A stretch of DNA of 64,000 bases from contig JBFMAA010000009.1 of NCBI GenBank assembly GCA_040755955.1, positions 1 to 64,000 of the forward strand, given 5' to 3'. The notes beneath the pieces are model-generated. The model was not told where the DNA came from and did not search any database. It was given only the letters and a program-made list of their open reading frames with translations. Positions 9,945 to 19,385 of the stretch are shown one piece after another (position 1 is the first letter of the stretch; every line of letters starts with the position of its first letter). This stretch comes from Thermodesulfobacteriota bacterium (lineage in GTDB: Bacteria; Desulfobacterota; Desulfomonilia; Desulfomonilales; Desulfomonilaceae). The position numbers and the translations under genes were made by a program.

Positions 9945-10260
9945 CGCGGCAAAACAAGCTTTGCAACCACAGTGAATGAAAGAACGGTATTCACTCGCTT
10001 CACTACCGTAGGTTGAAACCTACGGCTAGTCACGGGCTGCCCTTTCAGGGCAGAAGAGGCCCGCGCCCTGCTGGGCGCACTGTGAGTAGCCATGGGTTTT
10101 AACCCATGGAAGGGGAGAGCGCGCGATGACAGGGTTATAGCGGTTCTCGTTAGTTTCCACCGATTGGCGGGCTGGAAAGCCCGCCCCACAAGCCCTGATC
10201 TGACACGAATCGGAAGTTACTTTCGAGAACCGGTATATTTCGCGGCAAGCCCTAAGTGCC
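9945..10260. other. structured intergenic region with at least five perfect tetraloop-type hairpins; candidate ncRNA or REP cluster
   Basis: hairpins ccgtaggttgaaacctacgg, ctgccctttcagggcag, gcgccctgctgggcgc, ccatgggttttaacccatgg, ggcgggctggaaagcccgcc within 200 bp; no ORF. Confidence 0.35.
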
Positions 10261-10295
10261 GGAGGAGATGAGGTCCTGGTGGCACCCCCACACAG

Positions 10296-10480
10296 AATCG
10301 ACCAATATTTCATATGCTTATCAGAACATCTTCCGGGGGAAACCCTTTGTCGGAAGATGCGAGTTCCGGTGATGTGGGGCGCCGACTTCCATGCCTGGTT
10401 GTGGCCGCGTGCGTTCACGGTGTTTTTCGGAAGGGGTTCCACCGGATATCCTCCCGTTCGGAAAGCGACTTGTTATCAGA
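10296..10480. repeat. dispersed repeat family C copy (tggccgcgtgcg...ggtgtttttc-gaa-ggg-tt module)
   Basis: shares modules with 62-260, 12340-12620, 17390-17650 and 40545-40620. Confidence 0.65.
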
Positions 10481-10522
10481 AGTCCTGCCCGGGCCTGCTC
10501 TTTGCTTTGGGCTGCATCGGGA

Positions 10523-11350
10523 TCAGGTCTTGTCGAGTCCCAGAAGCCTTGCTGCGTTGTCCCAGAGGATGGCTTCGATCACCCGGGCACTGTATGGCAG
10601 TTCCCGGACCATCCGCACCTGCCTGGCGATGGACGGCACTCCGGGCCAGTCGCTCCCGAAGACGAACCTGTCCTGGAACTTCTCCAGGTGGGGAAACGCC
10701 GTGGGAAGGTGCTTGGGGGGAATCCCCGAGATGTCCACATGGACTCTCTTGTGACGCCGAAGCATCCACTGGGCTTCCGCATACCAGAACGGTCTTCCTC
10801 CGTGGCTCATGACGATCACCAGGTCGGGGAATTCGTCCGCGACATCGTCGAGCAACAGCGGATTCCCGTACTTGATCCGGGCCCCTTTGAATATGGAGGT
10901 CCCCGTGTGGAACATCACCGGAATTCCCAGATCCCGGGCGAGTTCGTAGACCGGCATGAGTCTGGAGTCGTTCGGGAAGAAGTGCGCGTACGTGGGCAAG
11001 AACTTCAGCCCCAGGCAACCGAGCTCCTTGATGCACCGCTCGGCCTGAACCACGGGCTCCGGACCTTCGTACAGGCAGAGGCAGCCGAACGGGATCAGCC
11101 TATCGGCTTCATCGCAGAAGGTTCGGACGTACTCGTTGGTAACGATTCCGGTGGTCTTGGGTGCGTATTCCGCGAGCATCACCGCTCGGTCGACCGCCTG
11201 GTCTTCCAGGTAACGCTGCACAGCCGGAGGGTCGATCCTCTCCGCAAAATCCCGAGTGTACTCCTGGTTCATCTCCGCGAAGAAATCCATCACCCACGGG
11301 GTCCAATGGTCTCGCGTACCTACGTGCACATGAAAATCACAAATCGGCAT
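10523..11350 (-). CDS. amidohydrolase-2 family metal-dependent hydrolase (TIM barrel)
   Basis: 275 aa; N-terminal ICDFHVHVG metal-binding HxH and C-terminal FGSDWP motif typical of amidohydro_2. Confidence 0.75.
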   Translation of the reverse strand: MPICDFHVHVGTRDHWTPWVMDFFAEMNQEYTRDFAERIDPPAVQRYLEDQAVDRAVMLAEYAPKTTGIVTNEYVRTFCDEADRLIPFGCLCLYEGPEPVVQAERCIKELGCLGLKFLPTYAHFFPNDSRLMPVYELARDLGIPVMFHTGTSIFKGARIKYGNPLLLDDVADEFPDLVIVMSHGGRPFWYAEAQWMLRRHKRVHVDISGIPPKHLPTAFPHLEKFQDRFVFGSDWPGVPSIARQVRMVRELPYSARVIEAILWDNAARLLGLDKT

Positions 11351-11672
11351 TTTGGCTTATTCCATTTCAGGCCGAGTCCCCCGGTCTCTCAGGATGCCCG
11401 CCGGGGGAAAAGGGTGTTCTTGTCGTTTTGGTGGGACAGGCACCTTGCCTCTCACCAGGGCTGAACAAGATGCGCCCCACGCCAATTCAGGAGAACGCAT
11501 CAGTCGGGGTGCCACGGCGATTGGGGCTTGCTTCTTCTCCACACAGGCCTCGCCGCCGAGGGCCGGTCCTTCCAAGAGACCGATTGACCAAGGACGTCGC
11601 GTTCTCCAGATGGACCGAGAGCGCAGTGAGCGCAGACGCATCGGATTCCCACATCCGCTACATCCGAGGGTC

Positions 11673-12239
11673 TCAATCCCCGCCCACTGGATACCAAATC
11701 CGGGATACCCAGTTGAAATAGGCAGTACTGCCCCAGAAGCCTTCGCACGGCCACTCCGAGCAATAGCACAACATCGCATTTTCCTCGTACCCGGGCCCTG
11801 AATTGGTTCTCCAATAGCTGAAGTGCCTGCCGGACAGCGTGAGCGTTGCACAAGGAACTTCGTCAAGATACCGCGGGGTCAATTCCTCCAATGTCCGAGG
11901 GAATTGTCCGTGGTGCGCCTTGAGCTTGTCCACCGCGGCGATGATGCGCTCACCATTGCTCTGCGCCAAGCGATAGTTCCCATAGCCGGTGGTTGCAAGA
12001 GCACCCACGGTGGCAAAGTAGATGAATGGGATCAGCACCAGAGCCATGTCGTGCGGCTTTCTCAGCAATTCGCAGAGCGTGGCCGGAATGGACCAGACAA
12101 TCACCACAACGGCTGGAAGTAGGACCCCATGCCACACGACGGCACCCGCTATGAATAGACATATCGCCACAGCGAGGTGCCCGGACAAGGACCATAGGAT
12201 TGAAGTGTTTCCCGTCTCAGAAGCTGCTCCCTCACTCAT
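11673..12239 (-). CDS. hypothetical membrane protein
   Basis: 188 aa; two to three predicted TM helices at N-terminus, Cys/Trp-rich C-terminal domain; co-directional with amidohydrolase. Confidence 0.45.
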   Translation of the reverse strand: MSEGAASETGNTSILWSLSGHLAVAICLFIAGAVVWHGVLLPAVVVIVWSIPATLCELLRKPHDMALVLIPFIYFATVGALATTGYGNYRLAQSNGERIIAAVDKLKAHHGQFPRTLEELTPRYLDEVPCATLTLSGRHFSYWRTNSGPGYEENAMLCYCSEWPCEGFWGSTAYFNWVSRIWYPVGGD

Positions 12240-12339
12240 TAGCGAGTCACTCCTTTCCCCATCCGGAGGCTACGCCACATCACCCCGTGGTTACGAAACG
12301 ACTAAACGCAACCGTCCAAATGGTCCCTTCAGAGGTAGC

Positions 12340-12620
12340 GGGTCACCCTCCCCAGCGGCGACCACCGGGAGCCGCCATGCTCCAAGAGTTCCCGTGAAAG
12401 TCTCCCGGGGGAAACCCTTTTGAAAAAGGGTTGTCCCCCGGACCCCTTTCCGAAAACTTTTGAAACATCGGTGGTTCTGGCCATCCAACGAGTTCTCGGG
12501 ATGTCGGGAGGTGACTTTCATATTTTGTTGTGGCGTCATGCCATGACTGTTCTTGAGGATGGGGGTCCTGGGGAAGGAACTTCTTGCAAGAAGTTCCTTC
12601 CCCAGGAAGTCTTTCTGAGA
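12340..12620. repeat. dispersed repeat family C copy including perfect 30-bp palindrome GGAAGGAACTTCTTGCAAGAAGTTCCTTCC
   Basis: palindrome also at 17563-17592; other modules reverse-complementary to 70-230. Confidence 0.7.
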
Positions 12621-12625
12621 AACGG

Positions 12626-13918
12626 TTAGGGGTACAGCCTGTCCATGAGTCTGGGGAACGGTATGGTTTCCCGCACATGGTGGGTTCCGGTGATCCATGC
12701 GATGGTGCGCTCGATCCCGAGGCCGAAGCCTGCGTGCGGAACCGATCCGTACCGTCTCAGGTCGAGGTACCACTCGAGCGGGCCCTGGTCGAGGCCGTGA
12801 TCCCGGATTCTTCCTTCCAGCTCTTCGAGCGAATCTTCACGCTGACCGCCGCCAATGATCTCGCCGTAGCCTTCGGGAGCCAGCAGATCGACCGCGAGCG
12901 CAACCCGAGGATTGTCGGGGTCCCGCTTCATGTAGAACGCCTTGATCTCCGAGGGATAATGGGTCACGAAGACCGGCTTGTCGTAGGCCCTGGAGAGTTC
13001 CGCTTCTTCGTCCGCGCCGAAGTCGGCTCCCCACTCGACCGCCACGCCCTGCGCCTTGAGCGTTGCCACCGCGTCCGAGTACGTGATGCGGGGAAAGGGT
13101 GCGGTCACCTTCTTCAAGGGCTCGGTGTCCCGTTCCAGGACGTCGAGATCCCTCGCGCAGGTGTCGAGCACCTCCCGGACTACACAGCAGACGAGTCCTT
13201 CCGCGAGGTCGATGGTCTCAGGCAGTTCCCAGAAGGCCATTTCCGGCTCGATCATCCAGAACTCGGTGAGGTGCCGCCGAGTCTTGGACTTTTCCGAACG
13301 AAACGTGGGGCCGAACACGTAAATCCGTCCCAGAGCCATGGCAGCGGCCTCTCCATAGAGCTGTCCGGATTGGGTAAGGTATGCCTTGGAATCGAAATAG
13401 TCCACCTCGAACAGGGTGGTGGTTCCTTCGCAAGAAGTGGGAGTCAGCACGGGCGCGTCTACGCAGACAAAACCCTGCTCGTCGAAGAACGCCCTGGACG
13501 ACTGAATCACCTTCGACCTGATACGGAGGATCGCGCGCTGCCTGGAAGACCTGAGCCAAAGATGCCTGTGGTCCATGAGGAATCCCACGCCGTGGTCTTT
13601 CTTGCCGATGGGATACTCTTGTGCGCCGTGCACGAGGACCAGATCTTCGGCATGAATCTCAAAACCGAGTGGAGACCTGGGATCAGCCGCGACTTCGCCC
13701 CGGACGATCACCGAAGACTGCAGGGGTACCTTCCCCGCGAGCTCGAAGATCTCAGCCGACACGCGGGATTTCTCTACGACGCACTGGATGACTCCCGCCC
13801 CGTCTCTCACCAGCAGGAAGCGGATCTTCCCCGATGACCTTCTGTTATCGACCCACCCTCTGAGCTCGACCTTGCCCTGAGCGTGATCCGCGATGCGGTC
13901 CAGCGTGACCCATTCCAT
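12626..13918 (-). CDS. asnS: asparagine--tRNA ligase
   Basis: 430 aa from ATG 13918 (MEWVTLDR...); N-terminal OB anticodon-binding domain and class II motifs (FRSEKSKTRRHLTEF, GFGLGIERTIAW). Confidence 0.9.
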   Translation of the reverse strand: MEWVTLDRIADHAQGKVELRGWVDNRRSSGKIRFLLVRDGAGVIQCVVEKSRVSAEIFELAGKVPLQSSVIVRGEVAADPRSPLGFEIHAEDLVLVHGAQEYPIGKKDHGVGFLMDHRHLWLRSSRQRAILRIRSKVIQSSRAFFDEQGFVCVDAPVLTPTSCEGTTTLFEVDYFDSKAYLTQSGQLYGEAAAMALGRIYVFGPTFRSEKSKTRRHLTEFWMIEPEMAFWELPETIDLAEGLVCCVVREVLDTCARDLDVLERDTEPLKKVTAPFPRITYSDAVATLKAQGVAVEWGADFGADEEAELSRAYDKPVFVTHYPSEIKAFYMKRDPDNPRVALAVDLLAPEGYGEIIGGGQREDSLEELEGRIRDHGLDQGPLEWYLDLRRYGSVPHAGFGLGIERTIAWITGTHHVRETIPFPRLMDRLYP

Positions 13919-14209
13919 GAGCACCCCTCGAAAACAGGCTTGGGATGGAGGTAACCGTTCACCGGGACGAATGGGACTCACCGCAGAGGCGCAGAGAGCA
14001 CAGAGAAGAGGAAGAGAAGTAAGCAAATCTCTCGTGAAAGAATTTACTTAGCAGCAGCGCATCGGTAGAAAAGCATAATTTTGTCAAGTTATTCTCTCTT
14101 TCTTCTCTGCGTCCTCTGTGGCTCCGCGGTGAACTCTTACGGATGGAGTCATTTTGCACACGGCCGGCCGCGGCGTCAAGTCACTCCGGTGTCGGCCGTG
14201 CGAAATGGA

Positions 14210-15700
14210 TCACTTGGATTTGGAGGGCGGCTCCGGTTGTCTCGGCGTGGCCTTTCCGAGAAATTCCGGGAGTTCCAGCCCCGCGAGCCTGGCGAGGTCG
14301 TGCATGGGCGGAAGCACTCCCACAAGCCGGCTTCCCAGATCGGAAAGTCCTCCGTTGCCCCCGGAATCCCAGACGACCACCTTCTCGATGGGCAGATTCT
14401 TGATTGCCTCGGTCTGAATCTTGGTGAGATCACTGAGCTTCTCAATGAGAAGGAGGGCCGCGGTCAGTGACGGATCCGAATCGCAGGCACCCACCAGTGC
14501 TTTGTACCCTTCCGCTTTAGACTGGAGTATCGCCTGAAGCCCCTGAGCTTCCGCGTTCATCCTGGCGAGCGTGGCTTCGGCCTCACCCTTGGCAAGCAGC
14601 ACCCGTTTCTGGCGTTCGGCGTCTCCTTCGACGACGACCTTCTCTTTGGCTGCCTCCGCGGGGACGATCACTTCCGCGGCGAGTCGCGCCTTTTCTCGTC
14701 GGGCTCTTGCTTCTTCCGCGGCCTTCTGGGCGTCTTCCTGAGCTACCCGAATCGCACCGTCTGCCTGGACCGAGGCTGTCTGGCCCTTGGCCCTAGCTTC
14801 TTCCTCCGCGACCTTCTGGTTGGCCATATATGAGGCCTTGCCGGCATTGGCGCGGGTTTCGGTTTCCACGGCTTCCGCGTCCAGGAGGGAGACCTTCTGT
14901 CTTCTGTCCCGTTCGGCTTCGGCTTCCCCCACGGCGGCCTGTGCGTTGGCCACCGACACTGCCTTTCTCCTGTCCTTATCGGCTTCCGCTTCACCGATTG
15001 CGGCGAGCGAATCCGCGGAGGCGACCGCGGAGCGACGATCGCGGTCACGCTCCGCGACTCCTATCTTGCCCACTTTCTCTTGCTCGGCAACATCGATAAG
15101 GGCCCGGTTGACCGCCTCTGCTGCGGCCTTCTTCCCCAGTGCCTGGATGTACCCGCTCTCGTCCTCGATATCCTTGATGTTCACGTTGATGACGCTGAGA
15201 CCTATCTTTTCGAGCTCCAGCGAAACCGCCTCATTGACCTTGATCATGAAGGCCTGCCTGTCGCTGTTGATCTCCTCTATCTTCATGGTCGCGATGACCG
15301 CGCGCATCTGGCCGAGGATGATGTCCTGGGCCTGCTTCTGGACGTCGTCAAGCCCCTGACCGAGAAGGCGGATCGCGGCGTTCTGCATGATCCCTTCTTC
15401 GGTGCTGATTGCCGCGGTCACCGTCGTAGGAACCGACACCCGAATGTTCTCCTGAGAGAGCGCGCTTCGCAGCTCTATGGGGAGCACGAATGGTTCCAGG
15501 TTGAGCCATGCGTAGTCCTGGAACACGGGCCACACGAATGCGGCGCCTCCGTGGATGCATTTTGCGGCTCCCTCGCCGGTACGGCCGTAGATCACCAGTA
15601 TCCTGTTGGAAGGACAGCGCTTGTACCTGCTCACGAAGAACAGCGCAACTACGCAGAGAAGAACTACCAGGAGGACCGTCAAGGTTGCAGCGGTTGCCAT
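14210..15700 (-). CDS. flotillin family protein (SPFH/band 7)
   Basis: 496 aa; N-terminal TM anchor, SPFH domain, long Ala/Glu-rich coiled-coil repeats (EAEA-RDRR units) as in FloT. Confidence 0.85.
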   Translation of the reverse strand: MATAATLTVLLVVLLCVVALFFVSRYKRCPSNRILVIYGRTGEGAAKCIHGGAAFVWPVFQDYAWLNLEPFVLPIELRSALSQENIRVSVPTTVTAAISTEEGIMQNAAIRLLGQGLDDVQKQAQDIILGQMRAVIATMKIEEINSDRQAFMIKVNEAVSLELEKIGLSVINVNIKDIEDESGYIQALGKKAAAEAVNRALIDVAEQEKVGKIGVAERDRDRRSAVASADSLAAIGEAEADKDRRKAVSVANAQAAVGEAEAERDRRQKVSLLDAEAVETETRANAGKASYMANQKVAEEEARAKGQTASVQADGAIRVAQEDAQKAAEEARARREKARLAAEVIVPAEAAKEKVVVEGDAERQKRVLLAKGEAEATLARMNAEAQGLQAILQSKAEGYKALVGACDSDPSLTAALLLIEKLSDLTKIQTEAIKNLPIEKVVVWDSGGNGGLSDLGSRLVGVLPPMHDLARLAGLELPEFLGKATPRQPEPPSKSK

Positions 15701-15701
15701 G

Positions 15702-16337
15702 TCATTCTCCTGCCGGGCTATTGGTGCGTTCTATTTGGAGAGCGTTGTCCCCGGTGACGCCGACTACTCGCACAGGCGTTCCCGCGGGCAATGCCTCGTT
15801 GGTGGTGGTGCGGGCGTTGACGAAGCAGATCACTCCTTTGACCATCACGCGAATCTTTCCCATCCCGTTCTCGGGCACGTTCATGTACACTACGCCCTTT
15901 TCACCGACCGCGCTCCAGAGACTCGCAGTGCCTGTCTCCTGCATGCCGAGCAGGCAGTACACCAAGTAAGACACCCCTACCATCGCGGCCAGTCCCCACA
16001 TCGCACTGAACAAGACCGCCATCGGCGCGGACGTGCCCGTGGCCAGATACAGGGTTCCGGCCCAACTGAACAGCGTCCCGAACGCGAGTACGGATCGAAT
16101 CGAGACAAGGCTGAAAGTCACTCCCCCTCCGTCGCCGGAGTGCGGATGATCGGTCTGGGCGTCCCCGTGGTGGAAATCGGCCCCGGAGTGTGCGTCCATC
16201 TGGTCAAGGCAGTGCGAGTCCCCCCCCATCCCCAGGAACATGCTGATGACCTGCCAGAGGAACAGCGTGGAGAAGCCCATCGCCATCAGGAAAAAGGCCT
16301 TGTTGAGAAGAGATAGTCCTTGCCACCACGCTTCCAT
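15702..16337 (-). CDS. NfeD family membrane protein
   Basis: 211 aa from ATG 16337; multi-TM N-terminus plus C-terminal OB-fold beta domain (KIRVMVKGVICFVNARTT...VRVVGVTGDNALQIER); immediately upstream of flotillin with 1-nt gap, the conserved NfeD-flotillin operon. Confidence 0.8.
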   Translation of the reverse strand: MEAWWQGLSLLNKAFFLMAMGFSTLFLWQVISMFLGMGGDSHCLDQMDAHSGADFHHGDAQTDHPHSGDGGGVTFSLVSIRSVLAFGTLFSWAGTLYLATGTSAPMAVLFSAMWGLAAMVGVSYLVYCLLGMQETGTASLWSAVGEKGVVYMNVPENGMGKIRVMVKGVICFVNARTTTNEALPAGTPVRVVGVTGDNALQIERTNSPAGE

Positions 16338-16547
16338 GAGCTTCCTCCCCGAATTCTTGAGCGTTGCCGGAAACGGGAGTCCCCTCCTCCCGCTTCCCCT
16401 GGGCTCAGAGCCTTTCACGCAGCTCGCGAGCAACCAGTTCACATGTACCATCTCAACGGTAGTATACAGGCGTGACCGCCCGCACGTCAAACAGACCCTT
16501 CCCGAGAGACGGCCGCAGCCGTTCCGGAGCCATGGGGACCATATCCC

Positions 16548-16748
16548 TCACCGGTGCTCACCGGACCGACGTTGCTGAAAATGCCGCTTCTCAGCCCGCC
16601 GGACAAGCGCGCAGATTCCTCCGACCGCAACCAGGCCCAATACGACGAGACAGGCTACGATCACCCAATGGTCCACTCCGGTGAAGATTGCGCGAATCAG
16701 ATCAACAGCCCCGGTTTCGTCCCACAGACGTTCAAAGAAGCGTTCCAT
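16548..16748 (-). CDS. small hypothetical single-TM protein
   Basis: 66 aa; one hydrophobic helix; positioned directly upstream of nfeD; weak support. Confidence 0.25.
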   Translation of the reverse strand: MERFFERLWDETGAVDLIRAIFTGVDHWVIVACLVVLGLVAVGGICALVRRAEKRHFQQRRSGEHR

Positions 16749-16769
16749 TTGCGGGCCTCGATGCAGACC

Positions 16770-17012
16770 AACTTGTTATGGAAATGCGAATTCTGGGGGA
16801 AAAGGCGTTTTGCCAATAGCCTTCGATTTCTTCTTCCGAGAAGAAATCTTCAGTTCAGCAGCTCTGGGAGAAAGCAACGTGCCTTTCTTCGATTGCGAGG
16901 AACCTACTCGCCCCCCCATCGGTCTCCATGCGGACCGAGAAAGGTCGACGCGAATTTGGTTGCGGCCCCCAGCCGTCGTCTTGAAAGAGGCCCCTTCCCC
17001 CAGACCCCATAG
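16770..17012 (+). repeat. full-length family A element ending in CCCTTCCCCCAGACCCC terminus
   Basis: near reverse complement of 8719-8925. Confidence 0.75.
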
Positions 17013-17059
17013 TCACTAACTTGGGTGCCCTGCTTGTTCCTCCCGGCCTTGAAAGGCCC

Positions 17060-17150
17060 GCCCATTGTCTCTCGTCCCTCCGGGACGTCGGCGTTCCCAA
17101 GCCCCGCAGAGGCGACTGAAAATAACAGGACGCTTCAGCGCCGGGCAAGA
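17060..17150. repeat. repeat family D (GTCCCTCCGGGAC...CCCAAGCCCCG-AGAGGCGACTGA-AATA-C-GGA-GCTTCAGC-CCGGG)
   Basis: second copy at 47690-47770 with about 85% identity; possible small RNA. Confidence 0.6.
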
Positions 17151-17389
17151 AGATGGAGCCCGCATCGCAGGTGCAAGGCCGAAGTGAGCGCCCTTCCCCC
17201 AGACCCCCATAGCCGCTCACTCGACGACAGGGGAGTTCGACATGTCAGGCAGCTATCCCTCCTGCTGGGAGGCCCGCCGGCATGATCCACTACCGACCCT
17301 TATGGTACTATCGCGAGAAGGGTGGTCAGTGTCAATCGGAAGATACGGAAGGGAACGATTCTCAGGGAAATGTAGTTCCTGGGGGAAAC

Positions 17390-17650
17390 GTCTTTGCCGG
17401 AAGAGGGCTGCCTCGGAATCACGTGTCCTCAAGAGCAGCCGGTGCCGGACGGCATAACGAAGGACGGAAGTCTCGTCTCGACATCACAAGAGCTCGGTGA
17501 ATGGTCAGAAGGGCCCAATATTCTGAAAGTTTTCGGAAGGGGGTCCGGGGGAAGCAACTTCTTGCAAGAAGTTCCTTCCCCCGGAATCGCATTTTCTGAT
17601 AGAGGATTTCCCCCGGTTGACTTTCTGATAAACGTCTTCCTGCGTCGACC
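17390..17650. repeat. dispersed repeat family C copy with 30-bp palindrome
   Basis: ggaagcaacttcttgcaagaagttccttccc and kgfppgdf-encoding module. Confidence 0.7.
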
Positions 17651-17666
17651 GACGCGATTAGTAGCC

Positions 17667-18215
17667 TCAGCTTCGTCCGGGCAGGCAGATCCCGGTCTGA
17701 TACGGGTACCCGCCGTAGGAAGGCATCGAGCCATACGGGTTGGCCGGCAACCTGAGTCTCGGGACCTGGGTAGTTGCGGGAGCCTGCGTTGCCGAGTACG
17801 CGGGCTGCGCTCGGGAGTCCCGGCTCTTGGCAGCGCGTGCCTTCTTGCGCTTCTCCGCGGTCGAGCCTTTGGAAGCAGCCTGTGTATACTCCTGAGGGCC
17901 TGGGTACGGGTTGCCTTGCGGGTCTTCGTAGATGGCGGTCCCCCCCTGGCGAGTAGAGCGGCCGTTCCGGCCATATCCCGTTTGGGGGAAATAGCCGGTA
18001 TACGGCTGATACTGGGGCTGAGGAACCGATCCCGAATACCGGACCGAATAGGAACCCCGCGCGGGATCGTACATCGCTTCGTCGTAGCTATGGTATGTGT
18101 AGCTGGAGTGGGGTGCGCCGGTCGGATCGTACGAATATTGGCCCCATGCCGCGGGCGTCGAGCATGCAAGCCCGAGCAGCATGATCGCGACCAGCGTGCG
18201 GTAGTCTCGTGTCAT
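17667..18215 (-). CDS. secreted Tyr/Pro/Gln-rich low-complexity protein
   Basis: 182 aa; signal peptide MTRDYRTLVAIMLLGLACSTPAAWGQ; composition-biased mature region. Confidence 0.5.
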   Translation of the reverse strand: MTRDYRTLVAIMLLGLACSTPAAWGQYSYDPTGAPHSSYTYHSYDEAMYDPARGSYSVRYSGSVPQPQYQPYTGYFPQTGYGRNGRSTRQGGTAIYEDPQGNPYPGPQEYTQAASKGSTAEKRKKARAAKSRDSRAQPAYSATQAPATTQVPRLRLPANPYGSMPSYGGYPYQTGICLPGRS

Positions 18216-18499
18216 GTGCCATCCTCCTAAGGCTTCGGGAAAGCGAAGCAGTATCTATGCTTATCCATATATCTGCATTTTGAGCTCCTGTCAAGCCGAT
18301 TCTTCCCCAACGAGAACACACCGCAAAGCACAAATCAGAGAAGTGGGAGAATTCGCCCGTCCTGAGCGTTGCTTCTTCCGGTCTTCGGGCCTGCAGCGAA
18401 ACAACTCCACCATCTCTCGTGCCCCTCTTCCATGGGTCTTAATCTTCAGTTTCTTCACCCGCGGCAAGGATTTGTAGTCGAAATCTGCTTCAGCAGCAG

Positions 18500-18645
18500 G
18501 GTGGGTGGCGGTCCTCACCTGGGAAAGCCGGCGGTTTCCATGTCCGCAGTACCAACTCGCCCCGCCATCGGAACGCGTGCGAGCCGACGAAGGTAGACGC
18601 GATTGTTGGCCGTTGCTCCCAGCCGCTCCATGGTGTTCTCTGTCT
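18500..18645 (+). repeat. dispersed repeat family A copy
   Basis: gtccgcagtaccaactcgccccgccatcggaacgcgtgcgagccgacgaaggtagacgcgattgttggccgttgctcccagccgctc. Confidence 0.8.
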
Positions 18646-18831
18646 TGTTCGTGTCTTGGTGTCGCTTCGTGGTCAACACTTGCTGCCCGTCTTCGTGGTG
18701 CTGTTGACACCTTCGGTCTGAGCGGGTACAATCGTATTTCGAAAGCCTGTGTAACACGAGGACTCCTGACCCTCCGGCTGCCAGGTGCGAGTGAGCCCGG
18801 ACGGCAACCTCAACACCAAACAAGGTCGAAC

Positions 18832-19305
18832 ATGGACGTGGTCTGCGAAAAGTGCAAAACACTCTCTCGAATACTCGACAGCAAGATCCCCCTGGGACGT
18901 TCCTATTTCATATGCCCCTCTTGTGGATCAAGGATCAACATATACAAGGGCTGCAGCCCGGGAATGAGTTTGGAAAATCTCGCGGGAGTGCGCTTCTTTC
19001 GCGGTGAAGAAAGCTTCCTGGAAGAGTTTCGGGACCGCGGGCACGAGTGGCGTGTCGTCGAAGCGATAAGGCCGTGCCCGATCAAAGGGACGCAGAAGAA
19101 ATGCGAACTCGAAAACAAAGGACGATGCCCCAATGAAAGGCTCGTCCTTCGTTTGCGTCACGACAAGATGCTATACAAGAGCTGCCTCTACCGGGAAGGC
19201 CGACGCATATTCGACGTGTGGTGTCGCCCCGCGGTCGGCAAACAGCCTACCACCAGTGCCCTCTTCCCCGCATACGATGAGGATACGACGTACCGGATAG
19301 AGTAG
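18832..19305 (+). CDS. Cys-rich zinc-ribbon domain protein
   Basis: 158 aa from ATG 18832; CEKC...CPSCG and further CxxC-like pairs; upstream part of the annotated ORF is repeat A sequence and was excluded. Confidence 0.45.
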   Translation: MDVVCEKCKTLSRILDSKIPLGRSYFICPSCGSRINIYKGCSPGMSLENLAGVRFFRGEESFLEEFRDRGHEWRVVEAIRPCPIKGTQKKCELENKGRCPNERLVLRLRHDKMLYKSCLYREGRRIFDVWCRPAVGKQPTTSALFPAYDEDTTYRIE

Positions 19306-19385
19306 TCGTCACCGTTCCGACGCAAGAGGAAGACGCACCACGTGTCGTGGTGGTTCATTCTCTTGCCGGCAGCCCTGCGTCAGCT

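Noticed and set aside
9945-10260. Possible RNase P RNA or tmRNA
   Set aside because: Could not find the universally conserved RNase P P4 (AGGAAAGUCCGGGCUCC / ACAGAAA) or tmRNA tag-reading-frame/3' tRNA-like CCA end features by eye; kept only as an unspecified structured-RNA candidate
10391-11464. 357-aa plus-strand ORF overlapping the amidohydrolase gene
   Set aside because: Antisense to a gene with clear amidohydro_2 motifs; translation is Arg/Pro/Gly-rich without motifs
12584-13837. 417-aa plus-strand ORF antisense to asnS
   Set aside because: Same reasoning; asnS has unambiguous class II synthetase motifs
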